Of a stretch of 64,000 nt of DNA, positions 36,266 to 46,962 are shown piece after piece. The DNA is taken from the IMG/VR virus record IMGVR_UViG_3300028840_002420, positions 1 to 64,000 of that record, one strand, 5' to 3'. The position numbers and the translations under genes were made by a program. Below the pieces are notes generated by a model. The model made no database searches and was not told the DNA's origin. It saw only the letters and a list, made by a program, of their open reading frames with translations. This stretch comes from a virus. Each line of letters opens with the position of its first letter. The first letter of the stretch is position 1.

Positions 36266-39200
36266 ATGGCCCCTAAAAATACCCCATGGTCCACGAAACG
36301 ACCGACTGCTGACGACACGCCGGGCGTCGAGCAGCCGACACTGACTGACGATACTGTGCCGGGAGCGCTTGACGGTGATCGGGCGTTGGTTTCTCACGCG
36401 AACACGCTGCGGGACAAGATCGCTTACCTGGACACCAAGATCGAAAACTCGACGGTGCTTCCCACAGGAACGCTCGGTAGCCACGCATCTCGACACCAGA
36501 ACGGCGGCGGAGACGAGATCAGCGTTGCGGGGCTCAGTGGCGAGCTGGCCGATCCGCAGCCTCCGAAGTCTCACAGCCACACAGCATCCGATGTGACGGA
36601 CTTTGATACCGAGGTATCCAACAACGCGGACGTGGACGCCAACACGACTCACCGCGGAGCTGCGGCGCCACACAGCGGGCATGCGGCCACCAGCCATACC
36701 CACAACGAGGTCGACATTCTCGACCTGGACCACGATGATCCGACGGCCGTCCACACTGACCAGGCAAGCGAGCTGTCCGGTCTGACGGCCGAAGCTTCTC
36801 CAGCGGACACTGATCTGTTCCTGATGGAGCGGGCGAGCGATGGAGCCAAGCGGAAGGTCGAGGCTCAGAATCTGCCAGGTAGCGGAGGCGGCGGTGGAAC
36901 GTTGGCTCTGGGCGGGACGGCGGCCGAAACCATCGACATGATCGTCAAGCTGGCGACCACAACGCAGTCACACGGATCTGCGACGTGGGTAGATATCGAA
37001 TCGGGAGTGCTGACCGATACGTTCGAAGTCGAGACAGAGGGGGCGTACGACATCTTTGTCCGGCCGAATGCTTATCCAGCCAGCTCGTGGGTGGCTGGCT
37101 ACATCGGTTTGATCGTTGATGAGAGCGGATACAACGGCCATCCTGAGCAGTTGATGCGTTCAACGGACGCTTCGAACAAGCTGCTTTTAGCGACGGCTGG
37201 GCGGCCGGGCGGTACGATCAAGCTGGGAACGATCACGCTGGCAGCAGGGACGCACAAATCCGAGCTGCAGTGGTATCGGGAATCGGGCGGCGGCAACATC
37301 AATACCAACAGCGGCTCGCCGTGGCACGTGTGGGCCGTCTTTCGGCCAGCGGCACTGCCAGCGGCCGTCACAGCTCCTGGAGATCTTGATCAGCAGTCGG
37401 AACAACGAACGGCCGACCTAAATCTGTCATCCGCTTACCAGCAAGCCGCACCGTCATCGGGATCGTGGGCTTTCAATAATCTGCAGGCTGGGAGGCACAA
37501 AGTTAAAGTCAAGGTCCCGATCTACAATAGTAGTGGCGGGGCTTCAGTGCAGGTTAAGGTGGTATTCGATGCAACAGCTTCGTTAACACTTGGGGATAGT
37601 GCGGATGGGCCTGGTGAGGATTGGATCTGCCGTGCTGATGCCGGTACGAGCCAGTATGTTATTTTTGACGGTGAGCTGACTTTAGAGGCGGGAAATCATA
37701 CTGCGATCGTGTACGCCAAAGAAGTCGATGGCAGTAATGCTTATGTTTCGGGCACGTCTTCTGTCGAGGTTCCGCATTGCGTGGTTATCGTCGAACCGAT
37801 CACGGGCAGCGGTGCCCAAGGCCTGCTGCTCAGTCAAAAATCGATGGCCTCGGATGTATCGGGCATTGATGCAACGACCGTCCTTTCTGATCTTACTCAG
37901 ACTGTCCACGTAGGAAACGAAAAGATCGAGCTGACGGTTCGAATGATCGGCGATTTGCAGACTGCGCCGAACACACTGAACCTCCGTTATCGCATTGATG
38001 GAGGCAGCTGGGTATTTTTCACGAAAGAGAGCGTTGGTTCGACAGGGTATGCTCTGAGCTTGACGGCTTCTACCGTTTTGACAATGACAGTGGGGTCTTA
38101 TCTGTTCGAGTTTGGCGCGGATGTCGACGGATCTGGACCAACAGGAACGGTGCGATCTGGTTCGGAAGCGTACATAAAGCAATTTCGGGGGGGCGTGGTA
38201 GAAGTCCGCGAAGACGGAGTGCCCCAGGGTAACGCATACGGTGCGATCGATGTCCATCGGCCGCTGCGAGCTTCGCTACAAAACGACATCTTGCACCTGC
38301 GATCTGAGGGAACGGCCGAAGGAATGGCGGTCGAAACAGCGCAGCTCGCGTCAGACGTGACTATCACAGGAACGCTGACATCGCTTGCCGCGGTTACCGG
38401 CCTGGAGAAGACGATCAGCTGCGTGCCCGGTGAGCAGATCATGTTGACGTTTTCGGGTGTGCTGAAGACCGGGACCGATGCCCACACAGCGGCCGTTGGA
38501 TTCTCGGTGGATGGGACGGTTATCGACAAAATCCAAGATCCGACCTACGAAGGCCTTGTTGGGGCCGGGGAACACAGCATCAATTTTTGGAATGTCTTTT
38601 CGGCAACGCGCTGGTTCACAGCGACAGCTTCGTCGCACACAATTCGTGTGGCTGCCGGAGATAATGCGACGGCTAAGGGATCGCTGCTCGAAGGTTTCCG
38701 GATGGACGTGGCACAGTATCAAGGGGGCTACGTCGTTCCGGAAAACGTCCCGTTCCTGCAGTACAACGACGCCGACACTGTTGATGTGGTCAAGAATCCA
38801 GGAGCCAGCGATCGGTTGTGGCTGGAGCTGAGCGACGGCAAGCGCTACTACTTCGATCTTGGGACGTTGCAGGTGGATTTCACATCCAGCGGGCTTGGTG
38901 GCCTCATCGGCACGCGGACAGCCAGCAAGTGGTATCCGATTTTTGCCGTGGACAACGGCAATCAGTTTGGTGTCGTCGCCGAAGACGTTTCGCCAACTAC
39001 GTGCCCGACTGGGTACAGCGCTTTCAAGTTCCTGGGTTGGGTGTACAACGATGCCTCCGACGATATCCGCAAGTTCCATTACGTCGGAGACATGCACATC
39101 ACGACCAACGACGGGGCCACGCAGTCTCCGACGGAAGTTCTCAATACCGCGAGCCCGACCCTCGACAGCTGGACGGCTTTGACCATTAGTCACTGTGCTC

Positions 39201-40282
39201 CAAGCGGTGGCTACGATGCGTTGCTGGTTGATGGGTTCTGCCTGGGAGCCAGCGGCAAATACGCCTGGCTCGCCGTTGAAGCTACAGGCCATTCATGGGG
39301 GGCGACGCCGGGCGATAATGCGTCTGAGGCTGGCAGGGCGCTTCTGTTCCATCAGTCACTGGAGAGCGTGCACAACTCACGGCTGATTCCAGCCACGGGT
39401 GGAATTGAGTACTACTGCAAAAATCGAGGCGGCGGTAACCCGATCTATTCACAGCTTTGTCTTAGGGTGACGGGGTTCCGGGACAAGCACCTTCGGGGAA
39501 ACTACAGCCAGGCTCAGGCTAAGTTTATTCCAGATTCGCGGCTGCCAAATGGGACGTGGCAGGCTGGAGCGGCTTCTGTTGTCTTTGACGCTAAATCCGG
39601 GCAGCCGTCGACGCTGCGAGCTACGGCGCCTCAGAGTGGCACGCAGCGGACGATGAGTTTGCCGGCAACGTGGGCTATCGCAAACGGAGTCGGAAACCTC
39701 GGCTATGACGAGGCCGGCAGTCAAGGCAACAGCAAGTGGCTGTATGGTTACCTGGTAGACGACGGAAGCGGGAATTGGACGATCAAGTTTTCGGACAATC
39801 CGCCGTCGGTCGGACCTGCCGGTCACACGGATTTCATCCCGATCTACGAGACGTACATTGATGGGAGTGGGAACCTGCTGCACGTCTTCCAAAACGGGCC
39901 TAATTTCCGTCACGAAGAGCGTAAGGCGCCGTCTGCATCAAGTGGTTACGGGACGACGTTTCAGGCGCAGGCCGACCTTTCGATTTCGGATCTGGTACCA
40001 GCGACGGCTGAAGAGGCTCAGATGGCCTTGGAGATCCAAAGGGGGTCTTCCGGTCTTGGAGAAGTTGTCTATCAGCGACTGTACGTCGACGGCGAATCCA
40101 ACCCGTTTGTCGAAATCAGACAGCCGGGGCAAGCTGGATATACAACCGAGATCAGCTGTTCGATTCCATTAGCGACAGTTCAGACCGTTGAGTATGAGTC
40201 TGCGCGAAGTGGAGGAACGGCTGATTTGAGTGCACAGAAGGTGTTTGTTACTGGCTGGACATCGGGAGCGATCAAAGACTGA
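36266..40282 (+). CDS. Long tail fibre / receptor-binding protein
   Basis: 1338 aa; HxH-rich N-terminal repeats followed by tandem beta-sandwich modules. Confidence 0.7.
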   Translation: MAPKNTPWSTKRPTADDTPGVEQPTLTDDTVPGALDGDRALVSHANTLRDKIAYLDTKIENSTVLPTGTLGSHASRHQNGGGDEISVAGLSGELADPQPPKSHSHTASDVTDFDTEVSNNADVDANTTHRGAAAPHSGHAATSHTHNEVDILDLDHDDPTAVHTDQASELSGLTAEASPADTDLFLMERASDGAKRKVEAQNLPGSGGGGGTLALGGTAAETIDMIVKLATTTQSHGSATWVDIESGVLTDTFEVETEGAYDIFVRPNAYPASSWVAGYIGLIVDESGYNGHPEQLMRSTDASNKLLLATAGRPGGTIKLGTITLAAGTHKSELQWYRESGGGNINTNSGSPWHVWAVFRPAALPAAVTAPGDLDQQSEQRTADLNLSSAYQQAAPSSGSWAFNNLQAGRHKVKVKVPIYNSSGGASVQVKVVFDATASLTLGDSADGPGEDWICRADAGTSQYVIFDGELTLEAGNHTAIVYAKEVDGSNAYVSGTSSVEVPHCVVIVEPITGSGAQGLLLSQKSMASDVSGIDATTVLSDLTQTVHVGNEKIELTVRMIGDLQTAPNTLNLRYRIDGGSWVFFTKESVGSTGYALSLTASTVLTMTVGSYLFEFGADVDGSGPTGTVRSGSEAYIKQFRGGVVEVREDGVPQGNAYGAIDVHRPLRASLQNDILHLRSEGTAEGMAVETAQLASDVTITGTLTSLAAVTGLEKTISCVPGEQIMLTFSGVLKTGTDAHTAAVGFSVDGTVIDKIQDPTYEGLVGAGEHSINFWNVFSATRWFTATASSHTIRVAAGDNATAKGSLLEGFRMDVAQYQGGYVVPENVPFLQYNDADTVDVVKNPGASDRLWLELSDGKRYYFDLGTLQVDFTSSGLGGLIGTRTASKWYPIFAVDNGNQFGVVAEDVSPTTCPTGYSAFKFLGWVYNDASDDIRKFHYVGDMHITTNDGATQSPTEVLNTASPTLDSWTALTISHCAPSGGYDALLVDGFCLGASGKYAWLAVEATGHSWGATPGDNASEAGRALLFHQSLESVHNSRLIPATGGIEYYCKNRGGGNPIYSQLCLRVTGFRDKHLRGNYSQAQAKFIPDSRLPNGTWQAGAASVVFDAKSGQPSTLRATAPQSGTQRTMSLPATWAIANGVGNLGYDEAGSQGNSKWLYGYLVDDGSGNWTIKFSDNPPSVGPAGHTDFIPIYETYIDGSGNLLHVFQNGPNFRHEERKAPSASSGYGTTFQAQADLSISDLVPATAEEAQMALEIQRGSSGLGEVVYQRLYVDGESNPFVEIRQPGQAGYTTEISCSIPLATVQTVEYESARSGGTADLSAQKVFVTGWTSGAIKD

Positions 40283-40536
40283 TGCCGCCTTCGTTAGATA
40301 AAAAAGAAAAGCCGGCCAACGAGAAGCCAGGCAAGAAGAACAAGCCCTACAAATGTCACCATCCTCAGTGTCCGGAAACGTTCGATGCGCTGCCTGATGA
40401 GAATGAGGGCTATCTAACTGAGATGGGGCACACAGCGATTCTGGTAGAATGTCCGGGCTGCCAGAGGACGATCGCGTTGGACATTGCCGACGAAGCGACG
40501 TTGCTCGACGGTGGACAGAACGACGTAGGAGAATGA
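40282..40536 (+). CDS. Small zinc-ribbon protein
   Basis: CHHPQC...CPGC; TGATG overlap. Confidence 0.5.
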   Translation: MPPSLDKKEKPANEKPGKKNKPYKCHHPQCPETFDALPDENEGYLTEMGHTAILVECPGCQRTIALDIADEATLLDGGQNDVGE

Positions 40537-40539
40537 GAG

Positions 40540-43362
40540 ATGTCCGATAACGTGCACAAGGCGGTCGTCGATGCCATCGCGGAGGAAGACAACGATATCG
40601 GTGGGCAGCTGATCACGCGGCTCCGAGAAGCGACTGAGTTCGGCCGGGATAACGGCTCAGTCTTGGCGTCCGCTCCGACTGTCCTGACAAGCCCTGTAGA
40701 CGTTTTCGTTGCGGGTGATGCTGGAAGGGGCATCGACATCATCGAGCCTATCTCAGGCGTCGCCAGCGGCAACGAGGGCAGCTATATCATCGATACGGTC
40801 ACCGACTCCAAGAACGTGGTGCTGACCAAAATCGATGCTTCGGCTCCATCATTTACCGATCAGGATCCGGTCCGCTGGAGGTTTACCACGATCCGCGTGG
40901 AGACCACGTGGGAGTTTCCCGATAACGATCGGCTGATGCAGTTGTGGATCGGCGACGAGCCGGACGCTTGTCCGTATGCCGAGCTGGACAACTCGCCGGG
41001 CGCTCAAGAGATCCGCGGGCTGGGCGGTCACCGGCTGATCATGGACGGAGTGATCGACAGTGGGGCCACCACGACGTTGACCACGGTTGATGATCGGTTT
41101 ACGTCGGCCGATGTTGGGAAAGCGGCCTGGGTGCTGCCGAAGGACACGGCCAACGGCAACGAGGGTCCGCAGCTGATCACGGCGTTCGTCGACTCTAAAA
41201 ACGTGACTGTGAGTCCGGGAGGCCTGTCTGCGGATGAGACTTCCGCACGGATCGTGATCAAGTCCTACGAGGGCGATGGCTATATGACGGACCGCAGTCC
41301 GCGAGCTGCGCCGCTGTCAAAGTCCTACCATCGGCTGTTGACGGAGGTCATCGACGCAAGCGGCAGCTACAGCGCGTTGGACAGGCTGCGCCGGGCGATG
41401 CTCGTGGACTATGCGACAGAAGAGGAGCTCGATCGCGTCGGCCGTAACCTGGCGGTCATCCGGCCGCGGGGCCTGGACGATGAGCACTTCCGATGCCTGA
41501 TCAAAAACATGGCCTATCTGCCCAAGGCGACCAACTACGGGATAGAGCTGGTGCTCGAGTGCCTGTTTCCAGGGGGCGGTTGGGAGCTGTACGAAGATCT
41601 GGTCAACTTCCCGAACAACGTCTTTATCATCCTGCCTGAGATGGCCGGCGACTCGGAGGTGTACGAAGGTAAGACCTTCTTTTCGCCGAGCGGAAACACG
41701 ACGGCTCCGGCCGTCATTGATCCACCTGGCCGCGGCGGGCGGGAGCAGCAAACTTCCAGTTCCGCAACCTCGGTGACGGTGACGCACGACATTATCACGG
41801 TCGTCGATGTGCTGCTTGCGGACAAAGACGACACGCTGGATATGGACGTGCTGCCCAGTGCGGACACGCCGGCTTGGACGTTCAATGCGGAATCCGCTGG
41901 AGCCGAGGGCAACACGTTCGCGGTCGTCAATATCTCGGGCTCGCACAACGTGCTGCAGCACACGCCGGACACTCCGCCGTCGGCCGCTGGCGGCCATTAC
42001 AGCCGGGTGATCAACGCGATGGATGTTCCGGAAGGCTCGGTTGTCCGCATCGGAAGCTGGTTCCGCAGAACAGCACAGTCGGTGATCAACGGGCGGCCGT
42101 GGATGCTGGCGATCAAGCACAACGGGATCGACAAAGAGGTCTATCTGCGTTGGAGCGATACGGACATCGCGTTGACCAACAGTACCGGATCTATTCCGGC
42201 TGGGGCTCCGGCTGCGGAAACGATCAGCCTTCCGCTTGGGGAGTGGCATTATCTCGAGCTGGCCGTGTGCGTTGCGGAAAAGGGCGATTTCGCTCGAGCG
42301 AAGCTCGACGGCCACGATCTGTTCGGCGCGGTCAATCTGTATCCGTTCAGTTCCGCAACAGCCAACGAATGTGCGTTTGGCTACGAAGATCTGGGCTCCG
42401 GAAACCAAAACTGGACCGTGCAGTGGGATGAGCTGCGGACGTACGTGCGGAATCAGCGGAATCACTTCAATCGGCTGTCCAATGCCGCGTTGACGGGAGG
42501 CGGTTCCGCAAACCTGGTCGATTCGACAGCTCCGTTTGTCGCCGGCGATGCAGGCAAGCTGATCCGAGTCAGCGGTTACGAGCGGGTTGCGGACACGTTC
42601 GTTCACCGCAACAGCGGGATCTGGAAGATCGGCACGTACATCAGCACAACCACGGTGGCGCTCACTGGTGTCCAGCGCGGACCGAACGGAACAGGCGCCG
42701 GCGACGATATCGCCACCCAAGGCGCTACAGTATCCGGGGCCAATGCGGACGTGACTTCCGCAGACCGTCCGGGCTCGGGCGAGGGGGCGATCATCGAGAT
42801 TCCGGAAGGCGATGCTGGGATCTTCCGCAAAGAGGACGGGCCGACTGTGCTGGACAACAGTATCGGCGGCTACAATCCGCTTTCTGGCGGCTCGGGCGAC
42901 GGTAAGACGATCGTCATCAGCAACTCGGGCTCGGGCAACGATGGGGATTTTCCGATCATCGAGGTGCTCGACGATCGGCGGGTCCGGGTAGACGCATCAG
43001 CGCTCGGAGCTGGGGGCTTTACCTCAGAGACCGGGTTGAGCTGGAAGTTCAAAGAGACGCTGTTTGCGGCGACGGTGGGCAACACCGATTACGAGATTAT
43101 CGACAAGGGTAGCTTTGCGGCTAAGGTGTTGACGTTGGGCGACAGCTTGCCGTCCGCAACCGAGGACGTGGAGATCTGGTACACATCGGTGCTGTCCGCA
43201 CAGATCCTCCGCAATGAATTCGTGGTCAACGATGGTTCGGGCGGTTCGGAGCCGAACATCTATTATCCGGCCTACATATTTGACGTGGATCGCGCCACCA
43301 GGCAGATTCTGGACGATATCACCGCAGCGGGCGTGATCCCTGAATACGCACGCGTGTTCTAA
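40540..43362 (+). CDS. Baseplate wedge (gpI-like) protein with inserted repeats and a LamG-like domain
   Basis: ELDRVG.NL...RP.GL.DE.FR..I......K.T..GIE..L; repeated GN.G...I....D; WHYLEL...LDG...W..DE; C-terminal L..I.AAGV. Confidence 0.65.
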   Translation: MSDNVHKAVVDAIAEEDNDIGGQLITRLREATEFGRDNGSVLASAPTVLTSPVDVFVAGDAGRGIDIIEPISGVASGNEGSYIIDTVTDSKNVVLTKIDASAPSFTDQDPVRWRFTTIRVETTWEFPDNDRLMQLWIGDEPDACPYAELDNSPGAQEIRGLGGHRLIMDGVIDSGATTTLTTVDDRFTSADVGKAAWVLPKDTANGNEGPQLITAFVDSKNVTVSPGGLSADETSARIVIKSYEGDGYMTDRSPRAAPLSKSYHRLLTEVIDASGSYSALDRLRRAMLVDYATEEELDRVGRNLAVIRPRGLDDEHFRCLIKNMAYLPKATNYGIELVLECLFPGGGWELYEDLVNFPNNVFIILPEMAGDSEVYEGKTFFSPSGNTTAPAVIDPPGRGGREQQTSSSATSVTVTHDIITVVDVLLADKDDTLDMDVLPSADTPAWTFNAESAGAEGNTFAVVNISGSHNVLQHTPDTPPSAAGGHYSRVINAMDVPEGSVVRIGSWFRRTAQSVINGRPWMLAIKHNGIDKEVYLRWSDTDIALTNSTGSIPAGAPAAETISLPLGEWHYLELAVCVAEKGDFARAKLDGHDLFGAVNLYPFSSATANECAFGYEDLGSGNQNWTVQWDELRTYVRNQRNHFNRLSNAALTGGGSANLVDSTAPFVAGDAGKLIRVSGYERVADTFVHRNSGIWKIGTYISTTTVALTGVQRGPNGTGAGDDIATQGATVSGANADVTSADRPGSGEGAIIEIPEGDAGIFRKEDGPTVLDNSIGGYNPLSGGSGDGKTIVISNSGSGNDGDFPIIEVLDDRRVRVDASALGAGGFTSETGLSWKFKETLFAATVGNTDYEIIDKGSFAAKVLTLGDSLPSATEDVEIWYTSVLSAQILRNEFVVNDGSGGSEPNIYYPAYIFDVDRATRQILDDITAAGVIPEYARVF

Positions 43363-43372
43363 GGAGCTTCAG

Positions 43373-45004
43373 ATGGACCGACTCAAGATTTACCCGAACG
43401 AGCGCCTTGGTTTGCCAGACGCGGAGGATGCTCTGGGAGGTAAGCTCGTTCTGGACGAGAACATTCGACGTGGCGAGGTCCTGTGGCTACCGACGGGGCG
43501 TACCACGGGGCAGGCAGCCGCTTCGGCTCGTATCTTCGGAGGGTTCGATTTCGCATCGAGTCCGGTGGGCAATGCGACGGCCACGCTCAACGCGGGGACA
43601 GGGATCTTTCCGTATCTCGACGGCAGCGATCTGAAGTTCGGGGTTCTCAACGGCGAGCAGGATCCAGCGAGTCAGATCCTCGATTACAGCTCGGAGCCGG
43701 ATGACACCTACGCGGTCTATGTCCGCGCGGTCTACAATCCCGCGGAAGTCCAAAACCGCGTGTTCTGGAATCCGAGCGGCTCTCCAGCTGCGGAGTACGT
43801 CGACAACATCTCGACGAGGGATGTGGCCACCTGGGAGGTGATCTCGCAGGATGCGGATGCGTCTCCGCCAGGTAACGGCGAGTGGGTGAAGATCTACGAG
43901 ATAACCGTGGTCTCCAACCTCATCACGGCGGTCACCGAATTCCGCCATTTCTTCTTCGAGGGATCGGCGCACGCGACTGATGCCTACGCTCAAGAGTGGG
44001 GGGACGGCGCGAACGATCGAAGCAATGATCGGACGCTGGCTCCGATCACGGACATGCACCGATTCGTGCAGTTCGTGCGGCGCCAATTTTCGGACATGAT
44101 CGACGGAGCGAATCACTGGAAGGATCCATTGAAGCGGCACGCGACGGCTCTGCACGTCGCGGGCAACGCTCAGCATTCCGCAGCTCCGACGAACGCTCGA
44201 AACCTCGTGGTAGACGCAAGCGGTCTGACCTATCCGGTATCGATCGAACAGAACCTGTTCACGGTGGTCGATGGCTGGGGCCGGCGCTGTTACGCTTGGG
44301 AAACCAGCGGCCGGTTGGCACGGCCTCCACGATTCTTTGATGATTTCACGCAATATGGATCGGCGTGGGCTGACCATACAACAGAGCCTTATGGCTACAC
44401 AGCGACACGGACCAACACAGGGGATGTATTCATCGCGCTATCAACAGCGCAGCAGGCTGAAAATGGGTGCGTTCGGCTAACTTGCAATGGAGGGGATACG
44501 GCGGATCTTGTCGGGCCCTATCCAGGGTTTTTCGTAGATCCAGCCAAAGGACGTTGGCGTTTTGCCGCTCGAGCGAAGGTCGATTGGGGCACGATTGGAG
44601 CCACAATATTCCGCATTGGTCTGACTTCCGCAGCGTGGGGTTTGTACTTTGACGTAGATCCGGCGACGTACGGCGATAACGATTGGAGGATCGCTGGTAC
44701 CGATGCAGCTTTGCCAGTCAATACTAGCTTCGGAGTGGATGATACGGGGCCTCCAACGAATTGGTTCCTATTCTATCTGTGGGTGGTCGATGCGACCACG
44801 ATCGGCTGGGCAATTCATATCGAAGACGCTCCGACGTATGAAGCCAAAGGAACAATTACGGTAGCGTCGCTGACAGGCAATGCGAATTCGTTACAATGCC
44901 TTGCGGTCGTTCAATCGAGCAGTGGTATCAGCACGATGAATATCGATTGGTGGGAAATGTGGGGCGACAAAGCATCGGGCATGGGGATCAACGTTCTTCC
45001 GTAG
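43373..45004 (+). CDS. Baseplate/tail fibre-associated protein with C-terminal lectin-like domain
   Basis: PNERL.LPD N-terminus, R.FW.P...EY, FFDDF...IDW. Confidence 0.55.
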   Translation: MDRLKIYPNERLGLPDAEDALGGKLVLDENIRRGEVLWLPTGRTTGQAAASARIFGGFDFASSPVGNATATLNAGTGIFPYLDGSDLKFGVLNGEQDPASQILDYSSEPDDTYAVYVRAVYNPAEVQNRVFWNPSGSPAAEYVDNISTRDVATWEVISQDADASPPGNGEWVKIYEITVVSNLITAVTEFRHFFFEGSAHATDAYAQEWGDGANDRSNDRTLAPITDMHRFVQFVRRQFSDMIDGANHWKDPLKRHATALHVAGNAQHSAAPTNARNLVVDASGLTYPVSIEQNLFTVVDGWGRRCYAWETSGRLARPPRFFDDFTQYGSAWADHTTEPYGYTATRTNTGDVFIALSTAQQAENGCVRLTCNGGDTADLVGPYPGFFVDPAKGRWRFAARAKVDWGTIGATIFRIGLTSAAWGLYFDVDPATYGDNDWRIAGTDAALPVNTSFGVDDTGPPTNWFLFYLWVVDATTIGWAIHIEDAPTYEAKGTITVASLTGNANSLQCLAVVQSSSGISTMNIDWWEMWGDKASGMGINVLP

Positions 45005-45013
45005 GAGAGTTCG

Positions 45014-45460
45014 ATGGACAGCAAAAATATGACCAAAGTGGGGGATGTCGGAAATTTCGGGGTCCTGATTGACGGGCCTTCTCGCGACTTCATCATCGCG
45101 TTGGAGACAGATTTGGGGACTGTCGCGGGGGCGTTGAGCCCGGAAGATGCACTGCGGCTCGGAATTCTCCTGATCCGTGAGACCGGAAAAAGGCGTATAT
45201 TCCATCCGAACGCTCAAGAAAAGCCGGCAATGACCAGGCCACAGCCTGGAAAGGAGAAGACCGATGCGAGCAATCTTGACGACCACAGTGGTGCTGCTGA
45301 TCCTGACAGCGCTGGCGATGGGGCCGACCCTCGCACAGAACGACGCGAGCCCGAATCCAGTAGACCAATCGATCTCAGTGAAGGACTCGGGGGCGGCAAC
45401 GGACGCGAAGCCAGCTGGAGACCCCCCGTTACCGCCGAAGGATCTCAAGGGGGCGGCTGA
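45014..45460 (+). CDS. Hypothetical protein overlapping the next gene by 197 nt
   Basis: AGGAG RBS; folded-looking N-terminal ~70 aa; low-complexity tail inside the overlap. Confidence 0.45.
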   Translation: MDSKNMTKVGDVGNFGVLIDGPSRDFIIALETDLGTVAGALSPEDALRLGILLIRETGKRRIFHPNAQEKPAMTRPQPGKEKTDASNLDDHSGAADPDSAGDGADPRTERREPESSRPIDLSEGLGGGNGREASWRPPVTAEGSQGGG

Positions 45461-45773
45461 GCAGGCCAAAGCCGCGATTGCCGCAGCCAAAGAAGGCCGG
45501 TGGTGGTATTTCTCTGCGTTGATCGTGATGCTGGTGATGTTCCTGCTCAAGTTCGCCGGGACGAAGATCGGATCGTGGTGGCCGAAGCTCGGAAGGTGGC
45601 GCTACGTCATTGCACCTGTGCTATCTCTGGCGGGCGCGCTACTGGCGGCTTTCCAGGGAGGGGTGAGTATCGACACGGCGATCACGGTGTTCACCAGCTC
45701 GTACGCAACGCCAGCGTTACAGGAATTGTACGAGCATGGGATCCTCGGTAAGCCGCACAGCGGCGGCGGCTGA
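45264..45773 (+). CDS. Holin-like membrane protein
   Basis: AAGGAG RBS; signal/TM segment plus 2-3 further hydrophobic helices. Confidence 0.5.
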   Translation: MRAILTTTVVLLILTALAMGPTLAQNDASPNPVDQSISVKDSGAATDAKPAGDPPLPPKDLKGAAEQAKAAIAAAKEGRWWYFSALIVMLVMFLLKFAGTKIGSWWPKLGRWRYVIAPVLSLAGALLAAFQGGVSIDTAITVFTSSYATPALQELYEHGILGKPHSGGG

Positions 45774-46297
45774 TGGGCTCTGAGGATGTGACACCCGTCG
45801 AGGTTCCGCAGCCGTCTGAGAGGCCTCCAGCTCCTCCTAAAAACGGCCGCTGGAAACACTGGGGCGCCAAGGTTACCAAGCTGGTTGCGGCGGCTGCTAC
45901 GGCGGCTGCTGCAGCCTACGGGGCCACCAAGCCGGAAGCCGAAGGCCAGCGGGCGCAGATCCAGGTTGAGGCGAGCTATCGTGAGCTGACGCAGCAGGTC
46001 GCGCGGCTGCAGCGGTGGGCTCGAGCCAATCGGGACCGGGCCAAGGCTGCGGAAGCCGCTTGCCGGGCGGAAGTGGCCTCGCTGCAGGCCTTCACCAGCG
46101 GGTTCCTTCTGGGGCAAGCTGGCGGCCGTAGGAGCGCTCGAGCGAGCCGGGGTAGTAACGGCGGTCCGGAGGCTGTTGAAGCGCTGGTCAAGGCTCTGCG
46201 GGCTCAGCAGAAGGCAGCAGCGGCCAAGGTGTCGCGGACCAAGCTGCCGCGGCTCAAGCCGTCCGCGAAGAACGTTAAACAACTTCTCGACAAGTAG
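45773..46297 (+). CDS. Membrane-anchored coiled-coil protein (lysis region)
   Basis: Ala-rich anchor plus coiled coil. Confidence 0.45.
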   Translation: MGSEDVTPVEVPQPSERPPAPPKNGRWKHWGAKVTKLVAAAATAAAAAYGATKPEAEGQRAQIQVEASYRELTQQVARLQRWARANRDRAKAAEAACRAEVASLQAFTSGFLLGQAGGRRSARASRGSNGGPEAVEALVKALRAQQKAAAAKVSRTKLPRLKPSAKNVKQLLDK

Positions 46298-46306
46298 AGG
46301 TATTTC

Positions 46307-46627
46307 ATGGGCATTGCGATATCCGCGGGTGCCGGGCTTCTGCTCGGGCTCGGTCTGTTGATTTGGGGTCTGAGAGAGCGCAGTAAGCGCCACGCGGCCG
46401 AGCGGGCTGTTGACGCGGCTGAAAGGCTGAGAGATCAGGCAGTTGAAACGGCGAATCACAATGCGGTACACGCTGCGGAGATGGAAGATTACGCCGGCCG
46501 GTTGAACAAAGCGGTCGAGCTCCATCGGACGCGGCTCGCGGAAGTTCGAGAGCTGCTCGCCAAACACGCCTCGATCAAGACCATTCGCGAGCTGCTTGCT
46601 ACGGAGGGGGAGGAGGAAGAGATATGA
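46307..46627 (+). CDS. i-spanin-like protein
   Basis: N-terminal TM plus coiled coil; overlaps the lipoprotein gene. Confidence 0.55.
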   Translation: MGIAISAGAGLLLGLGLLIWGLRERSKRHAAERAVDAAERLRDQAVETANHNAVHAAEMEDYAGRLNKAVELHRTRLAEVRELLAKHASIKTIRELLATEGEEEEI

Positions 46628-46962
46628 AAGCTAGTATTTTTGTACTAGTAGCACTGCTATCTGGCTGCTGCTGGCTGTCAAAGCGGAGCTGCTTTCCGAA
46701 GTGCCCACCACAGCTGGCCGCGGAGGTGGTCAAGATCGAAAAGCCGTGCGAGCTGCCGCGGCTGAAGCTACCCGCGTTCAAGGAAACGGTGGAAGGCTGC
46801 CCGGAAGACCGGGTGTGCTTTGATCGGGCCAATTCCGGGGCGCTCTATACGCGGTTGGCGCGGCTGAAGGACTTCGCCAAGATAGCTCGAACGCGCTGTG
46901 CAAAGCCGTTACCCACAAGCCAGCCGGCCAGCAAACCTGCGACATCACAGCCGACGCAGTAA
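46624..46962 (+). CDS. o-spanin-like lipoprotein
   Basis: Lipobox LLSG-C; Pro/Cys-rich. Confidence 0.6.
   Translation: MKASIFVLVALLSGCCWLSKRSCFPKCPPQLAAEVVKIEKPCELPRLKLPAFKETVEGCPEDRVCFDRANSGALYTRLARLKDFAKIARTRCAKPLPTSQPASKPATSQPTQ

Noticed and set aside
36266-45004. Diversity-generating retroelement targeting fibres
   Set aside because: I found no reverse transcriptase and no adenine-variant TR/VR pair in the window.
46900-46962. TSQP-type tail as evidence for a specific host phylum
   Set aside because: Too short and low-complexity to assign a host.
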